Shown here: positions 23,903 through 35,539 of the stretch, piece after piece
How the letters are laid out: each line of letters opens with the position of its first letter
Position numbering within the stretch: the first letter of the stretch is position 1
Origin: Rhodosorus marinus CCMP1338
Taxonomy: Eukaryota; Plantae; Rhodophyta
Length of the DNA stretch: 64,000 bases
Direction of reading: 5' to 3'
Assembly (NCBI GenBank): GCA_029953675.1
Contig: JAMWBK010000004.1
Coordinates: 2,046,001-2,110,000 of the forward strand
Notes under the pieces: model-generated
Database searches by the model: none
What the model saw: the letters and a program-made list of their open reading frames with translations, nothing else
Told to the model about the DNA's origin: nothing
Program-made: the position numbers and the translations under genes

Positions 23903-24612
23903 ATGAACTTCACAGATGATTCGAGTATTGAGCCTTTTCTGAAGGTAAGGAGCCACAGTATTCCTTCAAGCTGCTGCGGTTTCGTGTTTTTTTTTTAGTT
24001 TTTAGACAAGCGTAGCTCTGTCTGGTTTATTTGAGCTCTCTAAACTCGTGGCCGTAGGACTTTGAAGCTCAATACATAGCGCAGCAAGAAGCAGAGCATC
24101 CAGATGCGGACGCGACGTTCAACTATGGATGGGCTTTGATACGGTCAAAGCCCGTACAGAACGTAGTCAAGGGGAGGAAGTTGATGCAAGGTATGCATGT
24201 CGCATCTAGAAGTATTCAAGCCGGCATCTCATTATAGCTTGAAAAATGCTGTCTTTTGTTTGCAATAGACCTTCTTTCGAGGGGCTACAACAAAACCGAC
24301 TGCCTCTACTACGTCGCCATGGCAGACTACAAGTTGGACAATGCATTGGTATGACAAACAAGAACAACCAAAACGAAAACCGAGAAAAAAAAGGATTGGG
24401 ATTTTTGTCAATAACAACTCTTATGATATCTATAGGAAGCTAGAAAGAACCTGGAAACCATTCTACGAGTGGACCCAGAATGCCGACCCGCTAAAATCCT
24501 TTTGCAGTCTGTTGACGACAAGATTAGCAAGGACGGATGGGTTGGAGTTGGTCTCGCCGGCCTTGGCATAGCCGCAGTAGCTGGGGTTCTCTCCGCAATA
24601 TCCAGGAAGTGA
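23903..24612 (+). CDS. FIS1: Mitochondrial/peroxisomal fission protein FIS1; four exons
   Basis: Spliced product contains ATFNYGWALIRSK, DCLYYVAMADYKL, EARKNLETILRVDPEC and the tail anchor DGWVGVGLAGLGIAAVAGVLSAISRK. Confidence 0.93.
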
Positions 24613-25040
24613 GCGTTGCAGTTCTCTCTGCCCCGTCGACATGGTCACTGAGCGTCAGTCGGAGGAATTGAAATGGATCTTCCATTCCTCAACTTTGTAA
24701 CGAGCGGTAAGGCAGCGGCCAGAAAGTAGCAGGCAAAAAAAGTTCTCCCAGCGTCAATCCCCTGCACGATCAGGAGTATAAACACCGCTGCACCAGTGCC
24801 ATCTCCATAAGTTCGGACGGAAGAGAATATCATCGCAGGAGTGTACATAGCCTGTGAAACTATTGAGAGTTGAGATAAAACGTCCAACCAGAATCAGAAG
24901 CATTTTGACGAGCTTCCACGAGGTGCCCCGAGGTCAATATTCTTCCTCTTGGACGTTTCTTTGTAGGCTTTCTTTAGATGTTATTGTCCGAACATGTAGA
25001 ACTGAGTTTGTGGTGGAGTACTTGACGGCTACAACCTGAG

Positions 25041-26110
25041 CTATTGAGTAATCATTGTGCCAATGCCTTGGTCTTCGAACAATTCTAGGAGCAAGGAATG
25101 AGGTCTCCTACCGTCAACGATATGAGTCTCCTTCACCTGTGCCTTGAGTGCGTCAGTACAGCATTGTACCTGTCAGGTATTCGGTATGCATGAGTTTAGA
25201 TGCGGCTTTTGTGACAGTCTTGACTCGTTTGGGTGGTTTCTTGCTTTAAAATCACCTTTGGAATCATGCCACCGGAAATGATTCCTTCCGAGATGAGGTC
25301 TTGAGTTTGCCCATAGGTCAGACTCGAGTACAGTGTCTCTATCTCCTTGGGATCCTTCATGACTCCTGGAACGTCTGTCATCATGATAAGCTTCCTGGCT
25401 TTGAGCTCCGAAGCAATATCTCCTGCGAGCGTATCTGCGTTGATGTTATAGGCAGTTCCATCGTCGCTAGTGGCAATCGAAGAGACGACGGGGATAAAAC
25501 CACCGGAAATTAAAGTATCTATGAGCGTACTGTCCACACTTGTAACTTCTCCAACCAAGCCCAGATCTGGGTTCTTCTGCTTTGCGACGATCATCCTCGC
25601 ATCCTTCCCACAGATTCCCACAGCCTTTGATCCACATTGGTTAATAAGGGACACAAGATCCTTGTTCACTTTTCCAGCGAGGACCATTTCTACAACTTCC
25701 ATCGTTTGCTCGTCTGTGACTCTGAGTCCGTTTCGAAAAACAGCCTCGATATTAAGCCTCTTCAGCATAACGTTTACTGCTGGTCCTCCTCCATGTACAA
25801 GCACAACGTTCACTCCAAACGACCTCAAAAAAGCCACGTCGCCCACAACCTTAGCCTTCAACTCCTCAGAAGCCATCGCTGCCCCTCCATACTTGACCAC
25901 CACAACCTCACCAACCAACGCCTTCGCCTTATCCTTTAAAGCCTCCGGATCAACAACATACCCATCATCTACAACAGAAACATCGCCCAATCCAGGCAAC
26001 TTAACCCCAGACAACTGAACGCGAGCCAGTCTACTCCTTCTACGAGCACACCTTTCCCTACCACCATCAATCCCTTTCAACCCAATCACAGAATTCACGA
26101 ATCCAACCAT
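25041..26110 (-). CDS. argB: N-acetylglutamate kinase, cyanobacterial/plastid type, with transit peptide; two exons
   Basis: [38 protein letters not shown] and GGMIPK | [29 protein letters not shown], preceded by an N-terminal extension MVGFVNS... Confidence 0.96.
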
Positions 26111-27377
26111 CCTGTATCGTATCGAATGTCCAGTAACTTGTCAAATCTACCAACATCTATATATATATATCAACATGTAAGCAGAAGGTAACTCTTCCTT
26201 ACCATTTAGACATTCTTCGAGATCGATCAACGTCTTCCCCTTCTTAAGAAATCCATCAACCTCCGACTTCGCTTGGCAATCTCCTCTCAAACCCAGCCGA
26301 ACAGGCTGTCCCATAGAGAGGATTGGAATTATAAAGGGTTGCTGGTGGGGAGAGACTGTTCCAAAATTGAGTTAGAATCTGGCTTTTAAAGCAGAAGGTT
26401 ACTTATATATATTGATCGGCATTGCAAGCAGAGAGAGCACTTGCTCCTTCACGATCTCCGCGGACTACTATCGAGCCCTATCCCGCGCGAAGATTCGCGA
26501 CCGAAATGGTTGCGCGTGTGATAGGCTGTTTGGAAGTTCTTTGAGCTCTAAACGGTTATTCTATGTGCTCATATGAAATTTATCAAAAGAAACCATCAAC
26601 TGTAACGCTTTTTTGTTCCTCTCGAGCTCCGCCTGACCATGTCGATGCCGTCCCATGAGAGGATTCGCAACGTCAGGGGTTGAGTAGTTGCGCCCCGGTG
26701 TGACAAGTCAGTCAAGACGCGAGGAGCTCAGGCAAGAAGAGAAACATGTCGAGATGAATTCTTTATTGTACACTGCGACAGTTCAGCGATCCATGTGCAG
26801 CTAGATAGTGCAGTGGTGGGCAGCCTGTGCCCATTTTCCGATTGCATCCTGAAGTTGTAAAAGTCTTGCCTAGGACGCACCTGGTGGCATCTGTGGGAGT
26901 TTCTCTCGCCGAGGTCTGTCGGTAGCCAAGACTCTTAGAGAGGGCACCAAGCAGTTCAGGGTCCGTCTCTTAGCAACAGGTGTCCGTGGTGCTTATCCCC
27001 GTACAAAGAAAAAGTATTTCATGAGTTGTTTCGAAGTGAGCTCAACCGGAACTTTTCACTCATAGATGTATTCCATACTTGGACATGTAACACTACCTTC
27101 AAGACTGGCTAACTTCACTTACCCCAGCTCGATCCAACTGCTCTCATCGTCATCAATTTGGATGTCCCACCTCGGACTGTTCCACCTGTGGGTCGATTGC
27201 TGATGATGAGGCAAACTCGGAGTGATAAAGAAGACGGTGGAGAGCGGCAAGCTGCTGTGCTCCTCATAACAAAGTAGGACAGAGAGCAACAGAGGACTGT
27301 ATTTACATGATTTAATTGATCCTTAAGAGTAGTGATTTCGGTAGAAGGTTCGTACCTGTTGCAACGAAAAGTTGGTT

Positions 27378-28341
27378 ATGGAGAAGTTGGGTGATCGGCA
27401 CACGAAGTTGAAAGATCTCATGCGTAAGAGGAAACTTGAGCGCAGAAAAGGGCAAGTTTCGAGTGTCCCTGATCAACGTCGTAGTCACCAGCCTAGTTCA
27501 GCCCAGAAGGAAGTGATTGCGGAGAGGGAGGTTGTGGAGAAGGCGACGGGGTTGGGTGGGCTTGCCGGTTACGGAGGGGGTGATTCTGATGGAAGCGATG
27601 AAGACAGTCACTCTAGTAGTTCTGAAAAGTCTCAAGGGGAGAGGCTTCCATCGGTAATGTCCCACGAGAAAGTGAAAAGGGATGATCCTCTTTGTTGATG
27701 TCTGGATAATTGAGAGTATGCGGTCCACCCGTTTGTTTGTCAATTGGCAGAACTTCTTCGATCAATCGCGAACGTCAGGCGCAACAAAGGAAGTAGAAAC
27801 AGTGAACAAGGAAGAAAGGCCTGCTGAGCTTGAAGGATTTGAGGATCAGCTTGCGCAACTAGAGGACGAGGTTCAAAAGGAAGTTGAAGAGATAGAGGAA
27901 GAAAAGCACGAGGTATTGTCGAACCCATCAATGTTCTTCCGAATCTGAGTAGACAGCAGTTACAATCGAATCAACATCATCATAATTTGTAACTCGTTAC
28001 GTGAAGCTTAACGCACTGCAGTGATTTCATCTCTGGAGAGCTTAACTGGAATACCGTTCCAAACGTTCGTCTAGGTGGAGTTCGACGAGCTCGAGTTGGA
28101 AGACATGCACAGGGAGGATGAGCAGGACGAAATACAGAAGAAAGTGCAATCGTTTAGGGAGAGAGTTGTTGAGGTCACACGCAAACGAAGTCGGGACAGA
28201 ATGATCAAGTCAGGCGTTCCAGAACAGGTGCCTGTGACCAAAAGAATCTCGGACAACCGAGCTGCAGGTGCCGCGGAGTCGGAAGATGATGATGGAGACG
28301 ACATTGATTTCGACCTGGATTGGAGGTCAAAGGGATTGTGA
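27378..28341 (+). CDS. ZNF830/CCDC16-like splicing-associated protein; three exons
   Basis: KLKDLMRKRK near the N-terminus, LPS|NFFDQ (family motif LPEGFFDD), an acidic coiled coil and the C-terminal DFDLDWRSKG (family DWR.KG). Confidence 0.65.
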
Positions 28342-28645
28342 GGCGTACAGCAGCTTTGCAGCCTGAACATCCCGCATTCTGGCTACTGCAATCCGGTGTG
28401 GACGAATAGTGGACCTATACCCCGGATACTGGTCAACCATTCGTCGGGACGTTCCGGAAATCGATCAGTCAGATACTTGGCGTAGCTGCTTACTGGTCTA
28501 CGCAAGCCGAGTCGAGTTCACGCTACCCACTTAATATGAACTAACTGAAACTATATGATTTAAGGTTGTGCCATGGTACATAGGAAGAGTGAATCAATGA
28601 AATAAAAAGGGGGACCTGTTGATAGAAGTTCGCACCGCACATAAA

Positions 28646-30350
28646 TCAAGTCTTCGCCTTCTTCCGAGCTCGTTCCAATATCTCATGGTCGTCCTCTTCG
28701 ACTTCTATCCCTCCCCCCACGCCAGAATCAGAACAATCACCATCATCCGACTCCTCGGACGAATCTTCAGATGTGAACTCGGGGAACTCTTCAAGTTTCC
28801 TCGCGACGGACTTCACTTGCTGCAAAAGCTGTTTCTCTCTGATCCTCAAAGCGATGGCAATTTTTCGACGAACGGCGAGCTCTCCAGACCCTTCCCCCTC
28901 GATCACCTTCAGATCTTCTTCAAGGCTTGTGCGATATTGACCAAGTACCTTTTCAACGATAACATCGAGCTCGTCTAGCACTGATTCTTCCAAGCTCGCA
29001 CTATCCAATGCCTCGAAAAATCTGAAAAACCAAACACGACACCAAAAGGACACAGCTAAGCAAAAGCTTTTTCGCAGGCGTTTCGGATGTGACTGTGCTC
29101 GTATTGTTTAGGTTGCTGTGCTACTTGCGTTCAATACCAAAGTACGCCAGACGACCATGACTGCCCTGTCTAAAATTTTACTTACGCTTGAAGGGTTTCA
29201 ACCTGTGCGTCAACATCACTCTTATCGACTTGAGACTGGATCACTTGGGCTGACAAAGTCGCACCGCGAAGGAGCGCTAGCAGAGCGCACAGTCCGATGT
29301 ATCCACTCTTCCTGAAGCTGAACGGGAAGAAGTAGTCGCTCTTTAGATCGTATCCACAGAATTGTTCCAATAGTTCTCTTCTGGACAAATTCCTGTTCGT
29401 CGCGAAGGTTTCAGATGAGAAGCATATGGTTGAGCTCTCGCAATGGAATTGATCGCAGCAAAATCGACATCTGCTCCAAGTCGGTCTCACCGATTATCTA
29501 CTCGAAACGAGACAGGGCAGTTCTTAATCAGCCGTTCCACAGACTGAGATATGAACTTTCCGGGTAGCGAGATCTCATCGTAGCGGTTGACTGGTAGGTC
29601 AAAGTATGGTGATTCTATGTACCCATATAGTTGTACAAGTCGAGCATTTGCGAGGTTTCCGAAAGTATTGTATACCTCTTCTCCAATATCTATGTCCTTT
29701 ACGGCCTCCATTGTGAGATGATCGGGTCCAGATTCAAAAGTCTCCTCGTCGTCATAGAAAACCCTGGCATTGTTCAGAGTTACAGACGCGTTGAGAACAT
29801 CTGCGAGTGGGGTCATGGCCACTGAATCGTCGTTATACTCGCCGGACGAAAAGCTGTAGGCCTGTACTATACACAAGAGGTGGAGCCATTCCTCAAAGCT
29901 CATATCCAGACCTTTGGAGCGCAGAATAGGATTCACTATTTCTTTGAACCTTTTTTCGGCCTCCTGACGGGTAGGTGAGAGTTCGATTGAGCAGCCGCGT
30001 AGTTGATCGAGCTCCTCGGGTGTCCAAAGTATTGTCGCATTGAGCGTATTCCAGTGGATTTCGTCCAGGAATCGAAGGTATGGTACAAACTTTGAGCTGT
30101 CGCCCTTCAACATCTCGATCTTCAATGCCACGCCCGTTCTCTCGATGGCGGTCAGATCATTGGATATCGATCGGTCACCAACAATTCGCCATTCTTTGGG
30201 TACACGAAACAGAATTTCGCCGCGCGAGATGCTCTCCTTCGCGATCATTCCCCGGGCATGCAGACCGGGCAAAACGACAATCTCAACCTTGGGATTAAGG
30301 CAAAAGCCATGGCTATCGCACCATTCTGTCAAGACATCGAGCGTTTTCAT
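28646..30350 (-). CDS. SETD6/Rkm4-like N-lysine methyltransferase; multi-exon
   Basis: ARGMIAKESISRGEILFRVP, SKFVPYL, LWTPEELDQLRG, AMTPLADVLNAS and GEEVYNTFGNLANARLVQLYGY, plus an LSMT-type C-terminal domain (YRTSLEEDL..RRKIAIALRIREKQLL). Confidence 0.85.
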
Positions 30351-30962
30351 CAAGATAGAGCGCTCACTTACGATCACAGGCCATGCATACTAACACAAGC
30401 AGCTTTATTCGTCCAGACTTTGCCAGCCAAGACATCAGCCCAGGCATCCCGGACTCCTGACTCTTTCAAGTAAGCAGCGCAGCACCATTCCGTCATTTTC
30501 AAGGACTTTCCAAGGGTTTTCGATCGATGACGATCTGGAGGCCCTTGAAACTATATCAGGATAGAAGAGCTACTGCAATCCAGCCAGCCTTTCAATTCTT
30601 GCATCTTGTTCTAGGTCTCAACGGCTCCAACTCGAACGAGTTTCTCTTGAAGGAAACCAGGAGGGAAGCCGTAAAGTTCCGAAATCGCTAGATCAAGCTG
30701 TTCGAGGGTTCTTTTCTGCTGAAGCTTGGTCACATTAGTGGTGAAGAAGTTTAAGACGAGACGAACTAGACGGTTGTTCGCAGAGCGAAGAGGCACAGCC
30801 AAGATGCGCACCAGGGACAAGTCCCTACCAAGTACTCCCTTTGCCTAGGTTGTTGACCTCAGTGACCCACATGCCGAAATCAAAGCCTTTAGCACAGGAC
30901 GGAGCTACAGAAAGGCCATCAATATCCTCACTTGCCGTGAAACCTAATCAAGATATCAACCT

Positions 30963-31022
30963 AGAGCTCAAGCAAAAGTATGCAGCAGAGCTCAGGCAAA
31001 AGTATGCAGCAGAGCTCAAGCA
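30963..31022 (+). repeat. 24-bp tandem repeat, about 2.5 copies (agagctcaagcaaaagtatgcagc)
   Basis: Read directly. It encodes ELKQKYAA repeats in the + ORF 30841-31050. Confidence 0.9.
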
Positions 31023-31152
31023 GGAGGTTTCGGATACTAGAACGTGGTAGGGACGTTGCTGGACAGCGGATTTGGTGGGGGGTCGCCTTTGAGTGAGTTG
31101 GGCTTTGATTTAATATTACAATATGTAAAGCTCTTCGACATAAATACTATTT

Positions 31153-32130
31153 CTACAGCACAGCTAAGGGCGAGTCGGGTATGCTGGTTGACTTGACAGA
31201 GGAGTTGGAAGTCTCCATCGAGACGCGATGCAAAGCTGAGCGTATGGACATGGCTGGGGTGACCATCTTTCTTCTCGGGCCGGTTCCGGTAGCCTGGCCG
31301 GGCTTATTCTTGTCCGGAGCTGAGAAGCGTCGACCAAAAGCAGCGCCGAGGTCAAGGTTCTGGAAATCGGTGCTGTTCATTGGAGTGTCTTGTTGGGAGA
31401 TTTCCTGGAACAGCTCATCCGAAGCGACATCGGTCGTTCGTGATACCTCCCGAACGAGACTTTTTAAGTTACAGCACCCTTCAAATTCACCAACAATGGT
31501 GAGCAGATCAATCGCTTTCCCTGGGAGGTGCTGGTGCGGGAAATGTTCTTGGGTCATGGTTACTGCCGCCGAGATGGCCTTGTTGCTCAACAACATGCCC
31601 ATCGTGTCCTCTAGATATCGCTTATTGGCGTTGAGGCACTCAATTGATTGTGTGGCTGTCATTTCCCTGACCTCCACGGCTGTGAAGTAGCAGTAAAAGT
31701 TCGAGATACGCTGCAGCGATTTGTAACTGTTCGTAGTTGCAACACAAGTCAGGTCTCCCAAAGCAACCATTCTGCACAGGTCCCTGAACACGCTCCCACT
31801 GCAGCAGCACTGCCCTCCGAATATGGTTGAACAAGAACCATCTTCTAGTACTTTCAGAAGCTCGATGTTCGGAACGAACAGCACCGCTTTCTTTTGGGAG
31901 GCCAACTTGGCATACCCATCAAAGCTCTCCTCAAAGATTCCGCAGTCAGCGCTCTCTGTCACCAACCTGGCGACGTCCACTTCAATCGTAGGCACCGGGA
32001 AAACCTCCTTCAAACCGTTAAACACCGACCGCTTTCCAACGCCCGGCCTCCCATGCAGAATCACACTCCGATCATCCAACAAGCACTTGATCGAAGTAGA
32101 AATCTCGCAATCCCTGAACATTATCTCCAT
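31153..32130 (-). CDS. Stand-alone ClpA/ClpB (Hsp100) NBD1-like AAA+ domain with degenerate catalytic motifs
   Basis: Collinear with Clp NBD1: IMFRDCEI (VIGRDEEI), VILHGRPGVGKR (Walker A), CGIFEESF (RGEFEERL), VLFVPNIE (Walker B ILFIDEIH), ALGDLTCVATT, AISAAV and LPGKAIDLL (LPDKAIDL). Intronless, 325 aa. Confidence 0.85.
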   Translation of the reverse strand: MEIMFRDCEISTSIKCLLDDRSVILHGRPGVGKRSVFNGLKEVFPVPTIEVDVARLVTESADCGIFEESFDGYAKLASQKKAVLFVPNIELLKVLEDGSCSTIFGGQCCCSGSVFRDLCRMVALGDLTCVATTNSYKSLQRISNFYCYFTAVEVREMTATQSIECLNANKRYLEDTMGMLLSNKAISAAVTMTQEHFPHQHLPGKAIDLLTIVGEFEGCCNLKSLVREVSRTTDVASDELFQEISQQDTPMNSTDFQNLDLGAAFGRRFSAPDKNKPGQATGTGPRRKMVTPAMSIRSALHRVSMETSNSSVKSTSIPDSPLAVL

Positions 32131-32282
32131 CGTTCCCTGCTCACTCTATCCCTTCTCACCAAACACGTTACAAGTCTATGAGAACTCTCTTCCCCTACAG
32201 CCCACCCATCCCGCCGACAAAAAAAACAACATCTTATATGTTGTCTTGCGTGATCAGGAGAACTTGATTGCATTGTCGGCAC

Positions 32283-32317
32283 AGAGAGAGAGAGAGACAG
32301 AGAGAGAGACAGAGAGA
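32283..32317. repeat. Imperfect (AG)n microsatellite
   Basis: agagagagagagagacagagagagagacagagaga read directly. Confidence 0.9.
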
Positions 32318-33139
32318 TGATAGATCCATTTTTTATTTACTTTTAGTGAACTTGGGTAGAGCTATTGAAAACTCCCATTCTGTTGAAGTTGAATAATTTA
32401 TTCATTATATTAGAACCTTTTTCGTCGATAGGGACCCCTAAATAAATAAAATACAATAATATTTAACAGTAATATAAAAATAAATTACTTGTCCTCTTTT
32501 TCACTTTTAAAAAAGAATTTTCGCCGGCGACATTTTCGGTTGGGTTCCAAAAATACACTTTCGACATCGCTTCAAAAGAGTGTTATTTTATCTATAAATC
32601 AACGATCATGATGACGAATAAGCATCACGTTTTCGATATTTGCAAAATGGAAAAAAAATAGAGGAATTGGCGAGCATATCTTTTTTTTTGTTCTGTTCTT
32701 CAAGAGGTTGACTGGTGACTCGATTGGTAAATTGGTTCCTGTTCACCTCTTCTGGGGGAGCTGAGGAAATTGGTGGAGCGCGGGGGGGGAGGGGAGGAGA
32801 GAGGGGTCAAAATTAGGAGGCTTTTCCTAGTAGAAGACGAATATTCTAGATTAAGAGTATTTATTGGAAATTGGAATGTTTTCGAAGGTAGTTTTGTCTT
32901 CTTCATCTATTAAATGGAAGGTGGGCGGACTTTGGAGAGGACACTACTGCGTGAGAAAAGCCACTGGCAACTTTCGTCAGGCCGAGCGGTCTGCCCTCTT
33001 AATGGTACATAGAACAAGGCTAGCGTCATCTGTATTCCTAGGATGGTCTTGCTCTTAGGAAGATTTTGACACCTGTTTTAGGACGACGCATATCTTGTGT
33101 TTTTGAATTGATTCAAAAGCGTATAAGCTGCTGAAGTGC

Positions 33140-33517
33140 CTACTCGACTTTCCCTATCGGGTAAAAACTAGTAGCTTCGCGCGCCCATTTTGGATGGGCT
33201 ATCGAGGATCTCCAAACTAAATGGTTTTTCGTTTTTGGATTTATCATGAAGCAATATCGGAACGTTACGGTTCGAGTACCGCCGGGATGGTTTGCTTCGT
33301 ACAAGTCGTATGGATACTCGCCAACGGCATGAACTGTTCTCGTTGCGACGATGGAAACAACGCATTTTTTTGCTGTGTTCGAGCGGAAAGAAGATTGGGG
33401 AAGAATAACTTCACAGTACATTATGTTTAGAAGCGTGGAAAAGAGGCCATCGTCTATTTCTGCGGTGTAGATCTTAAAATTGGTGCATAACATGGGCTCT
33501 TCAGGAAACCTTTGCAT
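33140..33517 (-). CDS. Hypothetical protein (125 aa)
   Basis: ATG-initiated ORF with globular-looking composition. No recognised motif. Confidence 0.2.
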   Translation of the reverse strand: MQRFPEEPMLCTNFKIYTAEIDDGLFSTLLNIMYCEVILPQSSFRSNTAKKCVVSIVATRTVHAVGEYPYDLYEANHPGGTRTVTFRYCFMINPKTKNHLVWRSSIAHPKWAREATSFYPIGKVE

Positions 33518-35539
33518 AGGTTACTGCTCAGCGGGCTGAGTGCTCGCATAGCTGAAAAATAGTAGCAGCATCAACAACATGCTGCGTCTGGTTTGATCAA
33601 ATGAGCGTTTTCTCGACGTCGAATTTCTGGCTCTGAGAGGACGAGGTTGTTTTTTCATCACATATGGCAGGGGCTGGGAATGGTGGGCGACGAGTTAAAA
33701 TCTCCACTGGAATCTGGATGATAATTTCTTGTTGGTTTGGGTATTCGGATGCGTGGACGACCGCTTGCTTGCAAAAGGACTTACGCCCATACGAGCTTGT
33801 ATCCCCATCGCTCTAGGGACCGGAGATGAGGCCGGGCGCAATCTTCGTCCCGGCGATAGAAAAGGTCTGGTTTCTGAACGTGTTTGTGGAGGCAACGTCG
33901 TTGATAATGGCAACAGCTTGGGTCTGGAGACTCTGGAACCTATACAACGTCTAAGGATACTACAAAAGGGAATAGGAGCACGACTGCACATCCAGGGCCG
34001 TTAGTTTTACAATAAAGCAAAGGAGGACAGAGCCAAAAAATACGCATGGCAGGAGCAAAGGTTGCAGAAATTCGCGTTGTACTCTTTTACATACGAATGC
34101 GCATTGTTGTTGTGCCACATCGTCAGCGTCCCTCCACGCCGCAGTGTAGAGGCTCTGAATATGTTTTTTTGAAATATGTGGTTGCTGGCGATAAGACTCG
34201 TTTCTTAAAGACTTTTTCTTCAATACCTAATTTCGACACAGAAATGCAGGGTCCAAGACATTTGATGCTTCCAGAGTTTGTGGAATTCTATGAGCAATTC
34301 GGGACCGTTTTTAGAAACCGTTTGAAAACCAGGTACACTCAAATCTGTCAGATCTGGGTCGTTCAGTTTTCTCTCATTTTTCCATAGTTTATGTGTACAA
34401 ACCATCGCCAAGGATTTTCCCTGTTTTTCGGTAGTTGTCATCTGTTTACCTCGATATACGTTCTTCCAGGCGTAACCCCAGGCGCTATTTTGACTCCCTC
34501 ACGACTAAATATGCACTATTTGTGACTGGGAGCTACGCTAGTATGGTTCAGATCTATCTTGTTTATATTTAGAACACTACTTAAGGTCGGCTTGATCCTT
34601 GTGTTAGATCTTGGTGATCGGTAAGCCAAGATGGCCTCTGCTGTAGCGCATCCACAAACATCGTTGCCTTTCCTTTATTCGTACCTCGACCCAGGCAACG
34701 AATGCATTGAATAGGCTACCGGTTCAACGCCGCGCCATAAAGGCAATCCTCGTTGACGAGCTTGGGAGAGAACAGTCGGACAACTCTACCCTGAATATAG
34801 TGTTTGTCTACTAAGGTACCAATTGTCTATTCTACTAGTACGGTATGGTTTCCACGCCTGTGCCGCATGTCCTCGACCTCACAACACAGGCGTGTTGGAC
34901 GAACCGCATTCACCCGTTTTTCTTGGAAGTCGATCCTAATTTTTTCTCGCCTTCTTATAACGTACATAGAAATTACGCAGGACCCGATGTTCAACCAACA
35001 CGACTTCGGGAAGTCGGTGGGCGCCAATGTCTTTTTAGTGAAAAATTCGTTTTCTCTTAATGCTGGGTCGTGGAAGGCAACCCCAGATGATTCAAGAACC
35101 TCTCAAGCCGCTTTGGAGTTCTCCGTGTTTGGTTTGCCAGCATCCTTTCCTGCCACTGACTAGCCACTGACCTTCGTGTTGAACTTTTTTTTCTTGTACG
35201 GAGCGAGCGTGTCAACCGGCCTCTGGGGCCGTGCATAAAGAGCTAGTCTTCGTTTTGGTTGGGGGAATTTGATTTTTTCGCAGGACATCGCGTTGGAAAC
35301 TGAAGACTCAGCCCAGAGAAGTGGTTTCCTTGTTGTGGAAGCTAATATCCTACGGTTGCAACGTGGTGTTTGAGCAGAAATTAATGTTTGCAGAATGCAC
35401 ATTTCTGGAAAGGGGGGGGAATCTATCACCCGAGTAATTCTAGTTGTTTGCAGTCTCATGTTCGCGACGTGAGCGTTCCTATAGAATCAGTTGAATTTGC
35501 AAACTAACTTTTGCTGGAATGTAAGACTCCAACTGTATA

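Noticed and set aside
27200-27310. ATGATGA box-C-like motif
   Set aside because: No matching CTGA box D or terminal stem.
33260-33295. GGTTCGAGT resembling a tRNA T-loop
   Set aside because: No D arm, anticodon arm or acceptor stem.
33663-34390. Stop-interrupted + strand frame faintly like a DIRS tyrosine recombinase N-terminus
   Set aside because: No R-H-R-Y catalytic residues were found and the similarity is too weak.
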